A stretch of 64,000 nt of DNA from Octopus bimaculoides (taxonomy: Eukaryota). Made by a program: the position numbers and the translations under genes. The notes under the pieces were generated by a model that saw nothing but the letters and a program-made list of their open reading frames with translations, searched no databases and was not told the DNA's origin. This document shows positions 40,375 through 54,232 of this stretch, one piece after another (the stretch's first letter is position 1; each line of letters opens with the position of its first letter). Where the stretch lies: assembly GCF_001194135.2 (NCBI RefSeq), contig NC_069000.1, positions 8,180,205-8,244,204 of the forward strand, read 5' to 3'.

Positions 40375-40590
40375 AAGGTGACGAGTGAACCAGTAGCACG
40401 CCGGACAAAATGCTTAGCGGCATTTTGTCTGTGTTCACGTTGTGAGTTGTGAGTTCAAATTCCGCAGGGGTCGTCTTTGCCTTTCATTCTTTCGAGTTCG
40501 ATAGAATAAGTCCCAACTGAGGATCGGGGTCGATGCAATCGACTTAACCGCTACCCTAAATTTGCTGACTTGTGCCAAAATTTGAAAACA
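40375..40590 (+). mobile_element. SINE family M
   Basis: Full head, core and tail. Confidence 0.85.
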
Positions 40591-40693
40591 AACCTATTAT
40601 TAGTGCTAAGACATAAGAGAATAGTATAATTTTTTGTAAGTTCAGATGTGGTTTGAGAGAAGTGTTTTTCTTTTTAAATTACAAGATTACATA

Positions 40694-40728
<35 letters not shown>

Positions 40729-40974
40729 GTGCGTGTGTGTACACACTCATACACACAAATGAGGAGTGGGAAAGACTTAGTGATGGAGATTTAAACATAT
40801 TCCGCCATATTGTAACCTTACTGTTTTATTGATTTTAATTTGAGAAGTCAAGAAAACACTTGAGAACGCTGACTGTATGTGTGTACATGTGTACGTATCT
40901 GTGTGTATATGCAACCATATATACACATGTGCATGTACATGAGTGTATATGTAAGTATATATACACATGTGATT

Positions 40975-41036
<62 letters not shown>

Positions 41037-41211
41037 TTCTGTAAGGAATTTTCTTGATGCTTTTCTGCAATAAACATTTCTCCGTATATATATGTGTGTG
41101 TATGTATGTATGTATGTATGTATCTATCTATCTATCTAGTATATATATATATATGTATGTATGTGTGTGTGTGTGTATGTATATATATATATATGTGTGT
41201 GTGTACATATA

Positions 41212-41244
<33 letters not shown>

Positions 41245-41467
41245 GTCTGTGTGTGTGATTTTGTGTCTGTTTTCCCCTACCACCGCTTGACAACCGGTGT
41301 TTGTGTTTACCTCCCCGTAACTTAGCGGTTCAACAAAAGATGACGATGAAATAAGTACCAGGTTTAAAACAATAATTACTAGGGTCGACTCGTCCGACTA
41401 AAATTCAAGATGGTGCCCCAGCATGGCCGTAGTCTAATGACTGAAACTGGTAAAAGATATATTTGTA

Positions 41468-41501
<34 letters not shown>

Positions 41502-41644
41502 TGTGTGTCTGTGTGTCTGTATGTATGTGCATATGTTCACACCACGTCGAAATGATGAGAGCTTCAGTCTATCCCAATTCATTCATCCTATCGAATGAAA
41601 AACACACAATGATGCATTTCTCTCACATATATGAGTGTGTGTGT

Positions 41645-41681
<37 letters not shown>

Positions 41682-41867
41682 CGTGTGTGCGTGTATGTAT
41701 GCGCGCGTTTGTTTGTCTCTCAGTCTGTCTGTCTTATGCGTGTTTATGCACACATGCACAAACTGTCCAACAACGCTTTACAAACTTACTAAGATGTCAA
41801 AGGAATGCGAACACAACTATGTTACTGTACACAGCTGTACACACATATAATACACGCACATACATAA

Positions 41868-41906
<39 letters not shown>

Positions 41907-42710
41907 AATGCAAGCATATGTGCATGCACGAACACAGGACAGACATAAGTAACTCCAGTATTTGCACACACAATACAAGCTCACACATATAGAGACAAAT
42001 CTATAAAGCCATACATTTTCACAGAAACAGACGCATTTTCGCAGAAAGAGAAGCAGTTTACGAAATCCGGTTAGCTCCAAGAATTACGTAATCAAACAAT
42101 CCAGAGCGTATACTGATGAAAACTTTCCCAACCGCCATTTTGAAATCTCCCGCAACGTATTTCAACTTTCATCTTTTGTTGGAGGTTTGATAAGATTCGG
42201 CCTGTAAAAGTCATCTCTAGGGTCAACAAATCTATGTTAATTCAATATCTGATTAAAGTAACGTAATTTCGCATAGTTCGATTATGTGCGGAATAAAATG
42301 ATAGGAGAGATGAAAAAGTGTGTTTAGAAAGATAACTGAAGTAATAAAGAGAGGGAGAGATTAGACGGACTTTGAGGATGATTAACAGAGAAAGATATTA
42401 ATATTAATAGTACTAAAAGGTGGATAGTTCAAGGGAGCAGTTTAGGGAACCAATAAGAGAAACGCGTGAGAAACTGACGGATTGAAAGAACCAGGAGTAG
42501 AATCAAACCACGTATCTACTAGTATTTAGCGAAGGACAATGGTTATCATACCATGCACACAAGTTATTACTGAACACACGTATATAGGTATAATCAGGGG
42601 AGATAATCACCCATTGACAGATCCATCTGATTAGTAAACATCAATTTAGTGTGTATTACAGTTGAATCTATGATTGTAGATATTGGACATACATGCGTGC
42701 GTGCGCGCGC

Positions 42711-42753
<43 letters not shown>

Positions 42754-43299
42754 TGCAAACATGTGTGTGTGTGTACACACATACATACGTACGTAAACGC
42801 ACGCATTCAAACTTATACAATGTTACAATGTTACATATAAGTTAATGTGTGTTTATATGTACGTGTGTAAACACACACCTGCATGTATGTGTAACATGCA
42901 TACAAATAAAACTCTTATGCTCATAAATTCACTCGAACAAGTACATACATAGACATGTTGACATACGCACATACCTAAGACAGAATACACACGTTCTCTC
43001 TCACATAAACACACTCACAGACAGAAGAAGGAACTATATAACCAGAGTTTTTGAGGGACTCAATGCAATGATCTAGAGTAGACAATAAATTATAATTTAA
43101 ACTGAAACTCTGTCGACAGTGACTAATGGTGTCAGTTTTATTGATTTTTCCAGCCACCAATGTCATAAATGAGACAATTTTGTATTTATATTCGCTATCA
43201 ACTCTAAATGATCATGTTGACATTATAAAAGCATTTGATATCGTCAGAAGATTATTGTATAAAGTTATCAGTAATTTTTTCTCTGTCTCTTTTTTATTT

Positions 43300-44100
43300 T
43301 TTGTTTTAGTTATTCATGACGGCAAAAGTAACGGATTGCCTGCATTCATTTTATCTGAAGAAGATTTTTTAATTTTTCTAAGAGTCTAGCTGAATGCGTT
43401 AGGCGATTATCGGATTTTCAGTTATTAGGTTATTCAAACAGTTTCAATTATATTTTAATTCTTGACGGCAGAAAAGATATTAATTCTGAACATTTATTCA
43501 AGGTGGAGCCTTATGAAACACTATATTATATCTTTTTCTGAGAGGTGAAGGTGACAATCACCGTTTCCCTGTTTGTAAAGTTTGGTAAGCTGAAAATGTT
43601 TCCAAACAGTTGATATTTTTCAAGGAATATAGGTATTTTGGCCACTTGTGTTCAAATATCTTTCTGAAAGAGTGTAGACGCTGATCAAATCATCCTTTAA
43701 ATTTATTTCAAACTCAATATAATCTTTGAACATCGAATTACAATGTTCATATGATAAACCGTTGATTTAAAAAAAAAAATGAATCTTTTAATGGACAATT
43801 TGCGGGACAAAGACACAAGCGGGAAGTATTAGAGGTAGAAGGTTGTTTAAAATTTTTTATGGCTGTTTGCTATTTCTGTTGCAAAATTATGTACAGCTAA
43901 AGCTAAATTTAACATTATTTCTATTAAAAACTTTATGTAATTTATGATTCTTCGGAAAGTGATTATCTCGTTTAACGATATGTGTTCATCCTTTGAGATA
44001 GATTGAATGGGACATTCATACAAAGGTTTTACGTTTTCTATTGTCGAATCTGAAATAAAAGAAAAAAAATTATCCAATTTGTTTTAGCGCTTCTTGTAAC
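43300..44100 (-). mobile_element. Possible highly decayed piggyBac-like transposase fragment
   Basis: ORF 43847-44077 TIENVKPLYECPIQSISKDEHISLNEIITFRRIINYI loosely resembles piggyBac K.RPL.D.L...P.EHLSIDE.MI.FKGR...QYI. Weak. Confidence 0.3.
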
Positions 44101-44637
44101 AAGAAGCTACTTTGTTAAAGAAACGCCGATCCGAGCTTACTTTAACAATGAAATACTGCATAGCCACATAGAAACATATGTCACTAAATTATTTATTATA
44201 GATAGTAGCCAGATGATTTGAGAAAATATTTAGTCATTGCAGACTTTGGTTTCTAAAAAGGTATTTAATCGTTTTCGATATAAAAAAATTGCTACACTAT
44301 TCTATTTATTCTTATTCAATGTCATCTTGATTACAAAATAGTCCAGTTTTTGTACCTAAAAGAAAAACACTTTACCGTATTAATTTAGATGTTTTCTGGC
44401 GCTCCCCAGCAATTTTGTTCTACCGACTCCCAGTGTTTCTTTTTTATTTTTTATTGAATTTTCTTAATTATACACCTATGAATACGACATGTATCATTTT
44501 GTGTCAATCGAAATTTTTAGGTTTAAAACTTTAATGCGCGCGCTCTACCCACCACACGTTTGTATTTATGCACAATCATACATGCTACACACTCGGGACG
44601 GAATACAATACTTGATATCTTTAAAAAACGTAGCACC

Positions 44638-44690
<53 letters not shown>

Positions 44691-44992
44691 AAACGCATGC
44701 ATATATGTCGTTCACACGCAAACACATACACATATAGCATTCAAGTTTGTGTGTGTGTGCATANNNNNNNNNNNNNNNNNNNNNNNNNNNNNNNNNNNNN
44801 NNNNNNNNNNNNNNNNNNNNNNNNNNNNNNNNNNNNNNNNNNNNNNNNNNNNNNNNNNNNNNNNNNNNNNNNNNNNNNNNNNNNNNNNNNNNNNNNNNNN
44901 NNNNNNNNNNNNNNNNNNNNNNNNNNNNNNNNNNNNNNNNNNNNNNNNNNNNNNNNNNNNNNNNNNNNNNNNNNNNNNNNNNNNNNNNNNNN

Positions 44993-45025
<33 letters not shown>

Positions 45026-45753
45026 TATAGATATTTATATAAATCATAGGACACATTTATATATATTCTATCTATATCACGTAAGGTATATATTATGTAT
45101 ACCACATATATCGTATTATTTATATATATATATATATATATATACGATATATATATACATATCATGTACATATATGTATATATCATTTGTACGTTATATG
45201 TATATATGTATATATATATATGCGTGTTGTGCACATGCATTTATATGTTAGCGTTGTCTTCGCCGAAATTAAGTGATGTGCCGTTAAAAGGTATCTCTTT
45301 CTTTGTTACTTTGATCCCTACATTAAATCGCTTGACAGGTAAATGTATGACTGGAACCTCCCTGGGCCCACACCTCACTGTATGTGCAGGCCAACTGTTG
45401 ATGTGTGAAATTCAACTATTTATCCCCATGACCATATATTAATACACGTGTGTCCCCAACTACGAAACCATATATGCACACACGTGTCTATGTAAATATT
45501 TGCACAGGTACACAGAAACCTTCTGCGTAATCTCACCACCTGTTAGAAACAGCAGCTAAATATTCCTCATGTTACACCTTGAATAATGGAAAGGACACCT
45601 TACACATGTGCTCGACATACTCTTTCTACATCAAGACGGGGGTTGGCCACCAGTGGAAGGTCGTTGATCAAAGGTCTGCTCGATCAAGTCCCTCCTGAGG
45701 ATAACAACAACATATGCAAACAACAAATACGCACTTGTTTTATACACACACAC

Positions 45754-45799
<46 letters not shown>

Positions 45800-47180
45800 T
45801 CGCAGAGACGCACACATATACATCCTGAAGCATGTGCGTGTTATATGAGCCGATATCTATCGATACAAAAATATAATTACAATTTACATACATGCATACA
45901 TACATACATACATACATACATACATACATACACACACATTTATATATATACATATATATATAAATATATATAATATAAATCTATATATATATATATACGG
46001 ATATATATATATATANNNNNNNNNNNNNNNNNNNNNNNNNNNNNNNNNNNNNNNNNNNNNNNNNNNNNNNNNNNNNNNNNNNNNNNNNNNNNNNNNNNNN
46101 NNNNNNNNNNNNNNNNNNNNNNNNNNNNNNNNNNNNNNNNNNNNNNNNNNNNNNNNNNNNNNNNNNNNNNNNNNNNNNNNNNNNNNNNNNNNNNNNNNNN
46201 NNNNNNNNNNNNNNNNNNNNNNNNNNNNNNNNNNNNNNNNNNNNNNNNNNNNNNNNNNNNNNNNNNNNNNNNNNNNNNNNNNNNNNNNNNNNNNNNNNNN
46301 NNNNNNNNNNNNNNNNNNNNNNNNNNNNNNNNNNNNNNNNNNNNNNNNNNNNNNNNNNNNNNNNNNNNNNNNNNNNNNNNNNNNNNNNNNNNNNNNNNNN
46401 NNNNNNNNNNNNNNNNNNNNNNNNNNNNNNNNNNNNNNNNNNNNNNNNNNNNNNNNNNNNNNNNNNNNNNNNNNNNNNNNNNNNNNNNNNNNNNNNNNNN
46501 NNNNNNNNNNNNNNNNNNNNNNNNNNNNNNNNNNNNNNNNNNNNNNNNNNNNNNNNNNNNNNNNNNNNNNNNNNNNNNNNNNNNNNNNNNNNNNNNNNNN
46601 NNNNNNNNNNNNNNNNNNNNNNNNNNNNNNNNNNNNNNNNNNNNNNNNNNNNNNNNNNNNNNNNNNNNNNNNNNNNNNNNNNNNNNNNNNNNNNNNNNNN
46701 NNNNNNNNNNNNNNNNNNNNNNNNNNNNNNNNNNNNNNNATATATATATATATATATATACATACGGTTGAACGTGTACATAACTGTGTGTGCATGAGGT
46801 ATGTAAATAGTTATATATATTGATGGGCGCCTACAGGTAGCGATAAAAATGTAAAAAAAAAAAAAAAAGCAAAACAAAAAATGCCAGATTCTAAGGAGGT
46901 AATGAAAGCCAGGCATGAAGTGTCTTACCTTTATCTTGGAGTTCTTCGGAGAAATGGATATTCCTGACGCAATAGTTTTTTTCAACTCAAAAATGCATAT
47001 ACACACACATATATATATTCATCTATCTATAAATATATAGTATATATATATATATAGATATATATGGTGCTGCTATGTTATATATCCTGGAAACTTGCAC
47101 AAAACATCAACATTCGAAATGTGACGCCATGTAAACAAATATAACTGTGTGTGTATGTGTATATATATATGTGTGTGCTG

Positions 47181-47224
<44 letters not shown>

Positions 47225-48040
47225 ATCGGTGTTTGTTAACTGACTTGTTGATAATAGCAGTGGTTTTGTGTGTGTGTATGCATAAACGTGTTTAGCTGTA
47301 CAGGTACTTTTAATACAGATTTATATACAAATATGTGAGATAATAAATTTGCGTTCGTGTGCGTGTGTGTGTATTTATGCTCTAGTGTGTCTATGCTGTT
47401 TTGTTATTAATGCGTATGTGTTTATATTCAAATATTATTATTATTATATAAACACATGCTTGTCTGTACATATATTTGTATTGTATGCATATGTATGCGT
47501 GTGTTTATATGTATATATAGCTATATAGGCATTCATGTGCATTTATCTAATTGATGTGTGTCTCTGTGTGCATTTATGTGTGTGTGTGTCTGTGTGTGTG
47601 TCCTTTTAAACTTATTCACTTATAGATGCATGCAAACACATGCATATGTGTATATGCTTGTGCATATGTAAGCGTGTGTATATGTATATATATATATATA
47701 TGTGTGTGTAAATGTATGTATAAGGTATGTATAAGATTAATTTCTACTTTTAATCAGTGTAAGTTTAGCTCAAGCACCATTTCAAAGAATTAACGAAAAA
47801 ATAAAAAGGGAGAGTAAGTGATATTTCAGTGTAAGCCTCCGCTGGTATCGAAACACAATCCTATCGATACAGCTACCACCTTGTTGCTCCATCACGATTC
47901 ATTTCTGAATCTATTTGATGATCGATCGCATCACAGGGATGCTGGTGTATACGTCACGCGCTGACATCACGTGACCGACGCGCATAAAACAGCCCCTTTG
48001 AAGCCGTTCAGTTCCGTAAATGTCTTTCTGCGTGCAGGAG

Positions 48041-48076
<36 letters not shown>

Positions 48077-48367
48077 ATATTGATATGGGTGTGTGTGTGT
48101 GTGTGCATATTGATATGTGTGCTCGTGCGCGCATATTCGCGCAGCCAATTTTTGTACGTATGCAAGTATGTATGTGTGCATATGTGTGTGTATGTGTATC
48201 TGCGTGTATGTGTGTGGTGGTATTTGTTTGTGTGCGCGCACAGTTTTCTGTATTTATATGTATACGAATCAAAACACACACCTGAACACAAATTCACTCC
48301 ATATTCACACGCACATACACTAATACAAACATATATACACATAATCGCACACATTCATACTTATACA

Positions 48368-48408
<41 letters not shown>

Positions 48409-48546
48409 CATACATGCCCATACTCAGATCAGGCTCTTTAATTACAGGCTATTGTATGTATACGAGTGTGTGCGTGTGTATACATGTGTGTGCATGTATA
48501 CATGTGCGCACGAGATAAGATATATGGATGTGTATGGATTTTTGTT

Positions 48547-48587
<41 letters not shown>

Positions 48588-48597
48588 NNNNNNNNNN

Positions 48598-48632
<35 letters not shown>

Positions 48633-48814
48633 TAGATACATTTGTCATGCATATTTATGTGTATAATACCTATTTATGTATGAATTATATGCGTGTGCAT
48701 GTATGTATATATGTATGTATATATTTGTATGATTTACAGGAATATCTATTTATAATATATGTAGGTGTATGCATAGATGTGTATTACGTAGGAATATATA
48801 TACACATATATATG

Positions 48815-48856
<42 letters not shown>

Positions 48857-49035
48857 TATACTGTATGTGTGGGTGTATATAATATATACTTTTGTTATTT
48901 ACACCACCTGTCCTCGTCTGTTGTTATTTTTTGTATATTCTCCCATATATATATACTTATGTATACTGTATATAGATATACGTGTGTATACGCATACTAT
49001 ATATATATATAATATTATTGTTATTATTATTAATA

Positions 49036-49497
49036 TGGCGGCGGGCTGGACGGAATGCTTAGCGGTATTTCGCCCATCGCTACGTTCTGAGTTCAAATTC
49101 CACCGAGGTCAACTTTGACTTTCATCCTTTCGGGGTCGATTAAATAGGTACCAGTAAAACACTGGGGTCGATGTAATCGACTGCCACCCCCCCACCCCCC
49201 AAAAAATTTCAGGCCTTGCGTCTTTAATAGAAAGGATTATTATTATTATTATTATTATACACATACATCAATATACATTATATATAAGGCGGTGAGCTGG
49301 CAGGGACGTTAGCACGCCGGGCGAAATGCTTAGCGGTATTTCGTCTCTCTTTACGTCCTGAGTTCAAATTCCGCCGAGGTCGACTTTGCCTTTCATCGTT
49401 TCGGGCTCGATAAATTAAGTGCCAGTTGCGTACTGGGGTCGATCTGATAGACTGGCTCCCTCCCCCAAAATTTCGGGCCTTGTGCCTAGAGTAGAAA
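49036..49497 (+). mobile_element. Two tandem, relatively young SINE family M copies (49036-49237 and 49287-49497)
   Basis: Close to the window consensus. The first is preceded and followed by (att)n. Confidence 0.92.
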
Positions 49498-49533
49498 AAA
49501 AAAAAACATTTTATATAACTATGCACACATACT

Positions 49534-49569
<36 letters not shown>

Positions 49570-49752
49570 ACGCACGCGCGCGTGTATACGTATATACGGG
49601 CACATAAAATCAAAAGGTAGAGAGACTTGTGCATTATCAACATTCGTCATTTACTGGGAATGTCCCTGTAAAAATGTGCATTTAAAATGACACACGCAAG
49701 CACTGTTGGCAACTGATAACACACACACAGATACACACGCATACACGCACCA

Positions 49753-49792
<40 letters not shown>

Positions 49793-50121
49793 CGATATAT
49801 AGTCATGAGCACATATATACACATATGCACACACATATACACACCTGTAGTGGTTTTAAAATGGTGCTTTCGTGCGAACATTGATATTAAATGTTCCTTA
49901 ATGGCTACCCCTCCTCACCCTTCCTGCTATGTATCTCTCCCCCACCCCACTCGTCTCTATCATATATCTACCTTTCTATACCTCCCTCCCATAGACTATT
50001 TACTCCCTCTCTTTCATTCATTCATCTTCCTCTGTTTCTCCACAACTCACACACACACACACACACGCACTTACTTACACATACACGCACTCGCAAACTT
50101 CCCCACATTAGATTCTTACAT

Positions 50122-50156
<35 letters not shown>

Positions 50157-50630
50157 TTCACAGACACACAGGCACACACATTGGAAAGCGTACAGGTACA
50201 CCTACACAAATTAATAGATATACACACGAACGCATTAAGACTCATAGACACATACGTTAACAGAAACACATTCATACACATTAGACATACTTATTCACAT
50301 ATACATTATTAAACACACGCGCTCACACATTATTAGACATACGCCAAACACATTAAAATAATCACACGCACACATTGTCATACGCACACAAACACACACA
50401 CACACTGTCATACGTACAAACATTTTTAGGTATACGCAAACATTTTTAACAGAAACGAGCATACACAATAATACACACACACATACATACATTAACAGAA
50501 AAACACATTAGCACACACGCACATTAATAGACACAAACACTAATAGGCAGGCAATCACACGTACGCATTCATTCACACACGCACACACACGTACGCATTC
50601 ATTCACGCACGCACGCACACACACACACGC

Positions 50631-50715
<85 letters not shown>

Positions 50716-51403
50716 CTCACACGCGCATTGTTTCTCTCTTTCTTCACTCTCCCTCGCTAACTCTGGAACCGATCTCAAAATAATTCCCCGCCCCCATCCT
50801 TCAACAGTTCGGTGAACAGAGTAAAGAAAGATGACTTACTCTGGAGAGAAAACTAGTCTATCTGAAATAATGGTCTCTCTCCTATGACAGACAGACAGGT
50901 ACTATACAGAAGAAAATGGTCTGCTGCAGAAATACAATTGAGATATATTCCACCCCTGCATAAGACGCCAGTCTCTCAAAAATAACATTCCCCAGATGAT
51001 ATAAAATGAAGTATTTCTCCTTAAGCAGGACACTTCTCCTTCCTCTTCCATACATACAAAAAAAATACACCACATATTTCTACCTTGTTTAGACAGATTT
51101 ACTGTATCTGGTTTTGCTAACACATTTATGCAACAGCGCTAAAACATTTCGACCTAAATCCTCTTGACGTTATAACTCCTTCCGCATCTCGCTATGATCC
51201 CCGACTAAATCCATTGCCTCCTCCTCCTCAGCAATGCTACTGGCATTCAACAACTCACAGCAAACCGTCCTAACCTTTCTCAAAGATTTAAGCTATTGTA
51301 GATCCTCTTTAAGTAATACTAGATGTGAGTTGGAGAAAAGAATTGGGGGTCGTCAGAATTAAGTGTCAGAACTAATATATCGAGTATGTGGAGGGGTTTA
51401 GAA

Positions 51404-51738
51404 CTGATTCTCAGCCATTTTTTGCCCATGGATCTCTGATTCTTACTTTACTCAGGGGTTGGCCGTCATAGCCATTTAATGTTTAAAAAATCTTGTTATA
51501 CTTTTATAATTAAATATTAGGGATTGTATAAAAAAATGCTTAATTATGTGTATTGTAGATCAGCTGGAACCTTCGTCGTTGTAACCGACGGGGTGCCAGC
51601 AAATAGGTTACAGACATTACTCTGCATCGATAGTCAACGCCTTGAACTTAGCAAACGCGAAAAATTTCTTTAGAACCAGCTTATTGCACAAAAATTTTAA
51701 AAACAAAATCTTATATGGATGGCTGTTGAAAACCACTG
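51404..51738. mobile_element. hAT (Charlie-like) MITE with an 8-bp target-site duplication GTTTAGAA
   Basis: TSD at 51396-51403 and 51739-51746. Ends ctgattctcagcc... and ...gttgaaaaccactg resemble CAGTGxTTCTCAA terminal repeats. The 8-bp NTYTAGAN target is typical of hAT-Charlie. Confidence 0.8.
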
Positions 51739-52184
51739 GTTTAGAACAAAGCTATTAATTCTACTGTGAAATTTGGTGGGATATATATGGATTAGTTGTT
51801 TGGAATTAACGCGTTCTGGTTTCGTTATGGCCATTAAATGGATCTCCATCAATCTCGACAATGATAATCCCGCTTGTTCGATCAAGCGAAATGGCTACGC
51901 GTTGAATTAGCGTGTAAGCGGTTGGCTGGGTATTCCATAGACATGTGTAGCCTGACGTAATACTTAAACCGAATCTAAGGTTGAATCCGTCCGATGTGTT
52001 TCGACATAGTTTCTGTCTCCTTGATTTCTTTCAAATGTCTTATGTCGAACCGAGCAAATGGTAAAACACGCTCAGCCACAGGGCCACGCAAAGACACCAC
52101 ACTAATAACCTTACGATTAACAAGCGAAATTTTTAACCACTTCCCTGCCATGTTTGCGTCCGGTTTTGTATCCGGCTACAATGA

Positions 52185-52500
52185 AGGCATCGTAGCTAGC
52201 GTATTCCGCTCGCAGTCATAAGGTCGTGAGTTCGATTCCTGACGGCGCGTTGTGTCCTTGAGCAAGACACTTTAGTTCACGTTACTCTTGTTCATTCAGC
52301 TGGCAAAAACGAGTTGTGCTTGTAATTCAAAGAGGAAGCCTTGTTACATTCTGTGTCACGCTGAATCTCCTTGAGAATTACGTTAAGGGTACACGTGTCT
52401 GTGGAGTGCTCAGCCACTTGCATGTTACTTTCACAAGCAGGCTGTTCCGTTGATCGGATCAGCTGGAACCTTCGTCGTCGTAAGCGACGGGGTGCCTGTA
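52185..52500 (+). mobile_element. SINE family C copy with 3' end ctggaaccttcgtcgtcgtaagcgacggggtgcc
   Basis: B box gagttcgattcc followed by gtgtccttgagcaagacact core. Confidence 0.8.
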
Positions 52501-52691
52501 ATTAGGTTACAGACATTACACTGTATCGATAGGCAACACCTTGAACTGTTCCGATCAATTTTGCGAGCAAATACGGAAGATTTCTTTATTTACTCTCACA
52601 TTAACATTTATTTTTTTTACAAGCGGTTCTCTTTTCACTCAACTGAAATATTTTAAAATTCCGCTGAAGTAAAATTTGACTCGGTAATATT

Positions 52692-53244
52692 GATTTCAAA
52701 TTTCGGCACAAGGCCAGCACTTTCGAGGGGTGGGGTTCCAAAGTGGGTGGTATGCCCCCCCCCCCGGGGGGCGGCGGAAAGTTCCAAGGGGACGTTGAAG
52801 AAAAGTAGGGCGATAATGGGGTAGCGATTCATGTGAAAAGTGGGATGATAATGGGGGAGCAATTCATGTAAAAAGTGGGGCGATAATTNNNNNNNNNNNN
52901 NNNNNNNNNNNNNNNNNGGGGGGGGGGGGTCGATTCGTGTAAAAACAACAAAATAATGGGTTGATTAGGTTAAGTTTTATTTGTGAAATACAGTTGCTTT
53001 GAATTTGTTTCAGAAAGAGGTTTATGTTTGTGATCGTTAGCTGGGGTGGGGGTACTAGCAATGTGGGGTGGGTGTCAAGGGGGCAGCAGCCGGAAAAAGT
53101 TTGGGAACCACTGGGTTAAGTTGATAACATCCATCCCACTGAAATGGTGAAAGGCAAAGTCGACCCCAGAAGCATTTGAACTCAGAACGTGAAGACAGAC
53201 GAAATGCCGCTAAACATTTTGCTCGGCGTGCTAGCAATACAATC
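52692..53244 (-). mobile_element. SINE family M with a 15-bp flanking direct repeat, interrupted by a hAT-like MITE (~52729-53113)
   Basis: tgactcggtaatatt occurs at 52677-52691 and 53245-53259. The insert ends in aaagtttgggaaccactg (reverse complement CAGTGGTTCCCAAAC, a hAT-type terminus). Confidence 0.75.
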
Positions 53245-53271
53245 TGACTCGGTAATATTATAGGACACAGG

Positions 53272-54147
53272 AAGGCGGCGAGCTGGCAAAAACGTTAGCA
53301 CACCGGGCGAAATGCTTAGCTGTATTTCACCTTTCGAGGTTGATAAATTAAGTATCAGTTGCGTACTAGGGTCGACCTAATCGACTGACTTCCTCTCCCC
53401 AAATTTCGGGCCTTGTGCCTAGAGTAGAAAAGAATATTCTCAGACAGGATTTACTAATACCTAATTCAAAAGTCGTATGGAGATATTCAAGCTGTATGTA
53501 GATAGATTGCATAGACACAGTGTATCGATGCTGATTAGATAGACAGACGGTGATTAGATGCTGACTAGATAATGTATAGATGCGGACTAGATAGATAGTC
53601 AACATCTACATATTATCCTATCTGATCAACGTTTACACGCTATCAGTCTAGTCAACGCCTAAGGCGGTGAATTGGCTGAATTAATAAAACTGACTATATT
53701 GGTTTCAAATTTTGACACAAGGCCAGCAGTTTCGGGTAGGGCTGTCGAGTCCATCAACCTCAGTATATGACCGGTACTTATTTTATCGACCCCGAAAGGA
53801 TGAAAGGCAAAACAAAAGGATGAAAGGCAAAGTCAACCTCAGCGGAATTTGAACTCAGAACGTAAAGACGGACGAAATGCTGTTAAGCATTTTGTGTGGT
53901 ATGCTAACGATTCTTATTTCTTTATTGCCCACAATCGGCTAAAAATGGAGGGGACAAACAAGGACAGACAAAGGGATTAAGTCGATTACATCGACCCCAG
54001 TGCGTAACTGGTACTTAATTTATCGACCCCGGAAGGATGAAAGGCAAAGTCGACCTCGGCGGAATTTGAACTCAGAACGTAACGACAGACGAAATACCGG
54101 CAAGCATTTTGCCCGGCGAGCTAACGATTCTGCCAGCCGACCGCCTA
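53272..54147. mobile_element. SINE family M cluster: 53272-53436(+), 53697-53912(-) and 53915-54147(-)
   Basis: Direct matches to the family consensus. The last copy carries a different, L1/Tx1-like tail. Confidence 0.88.
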
Positions 54148-54232
54148 AGATGATGGCGTGACAGCGTTAGATGTTGACTTGGTAGATAATTTGTAGATGT
54201 TGACAAATTAGACGGCATGTAGCTGTTGACTG

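Noticed and set aside
42113-42150. Second hammerhead (CTGATGA...GAAA)
   Set aside because: No convincing stems I, II or III.
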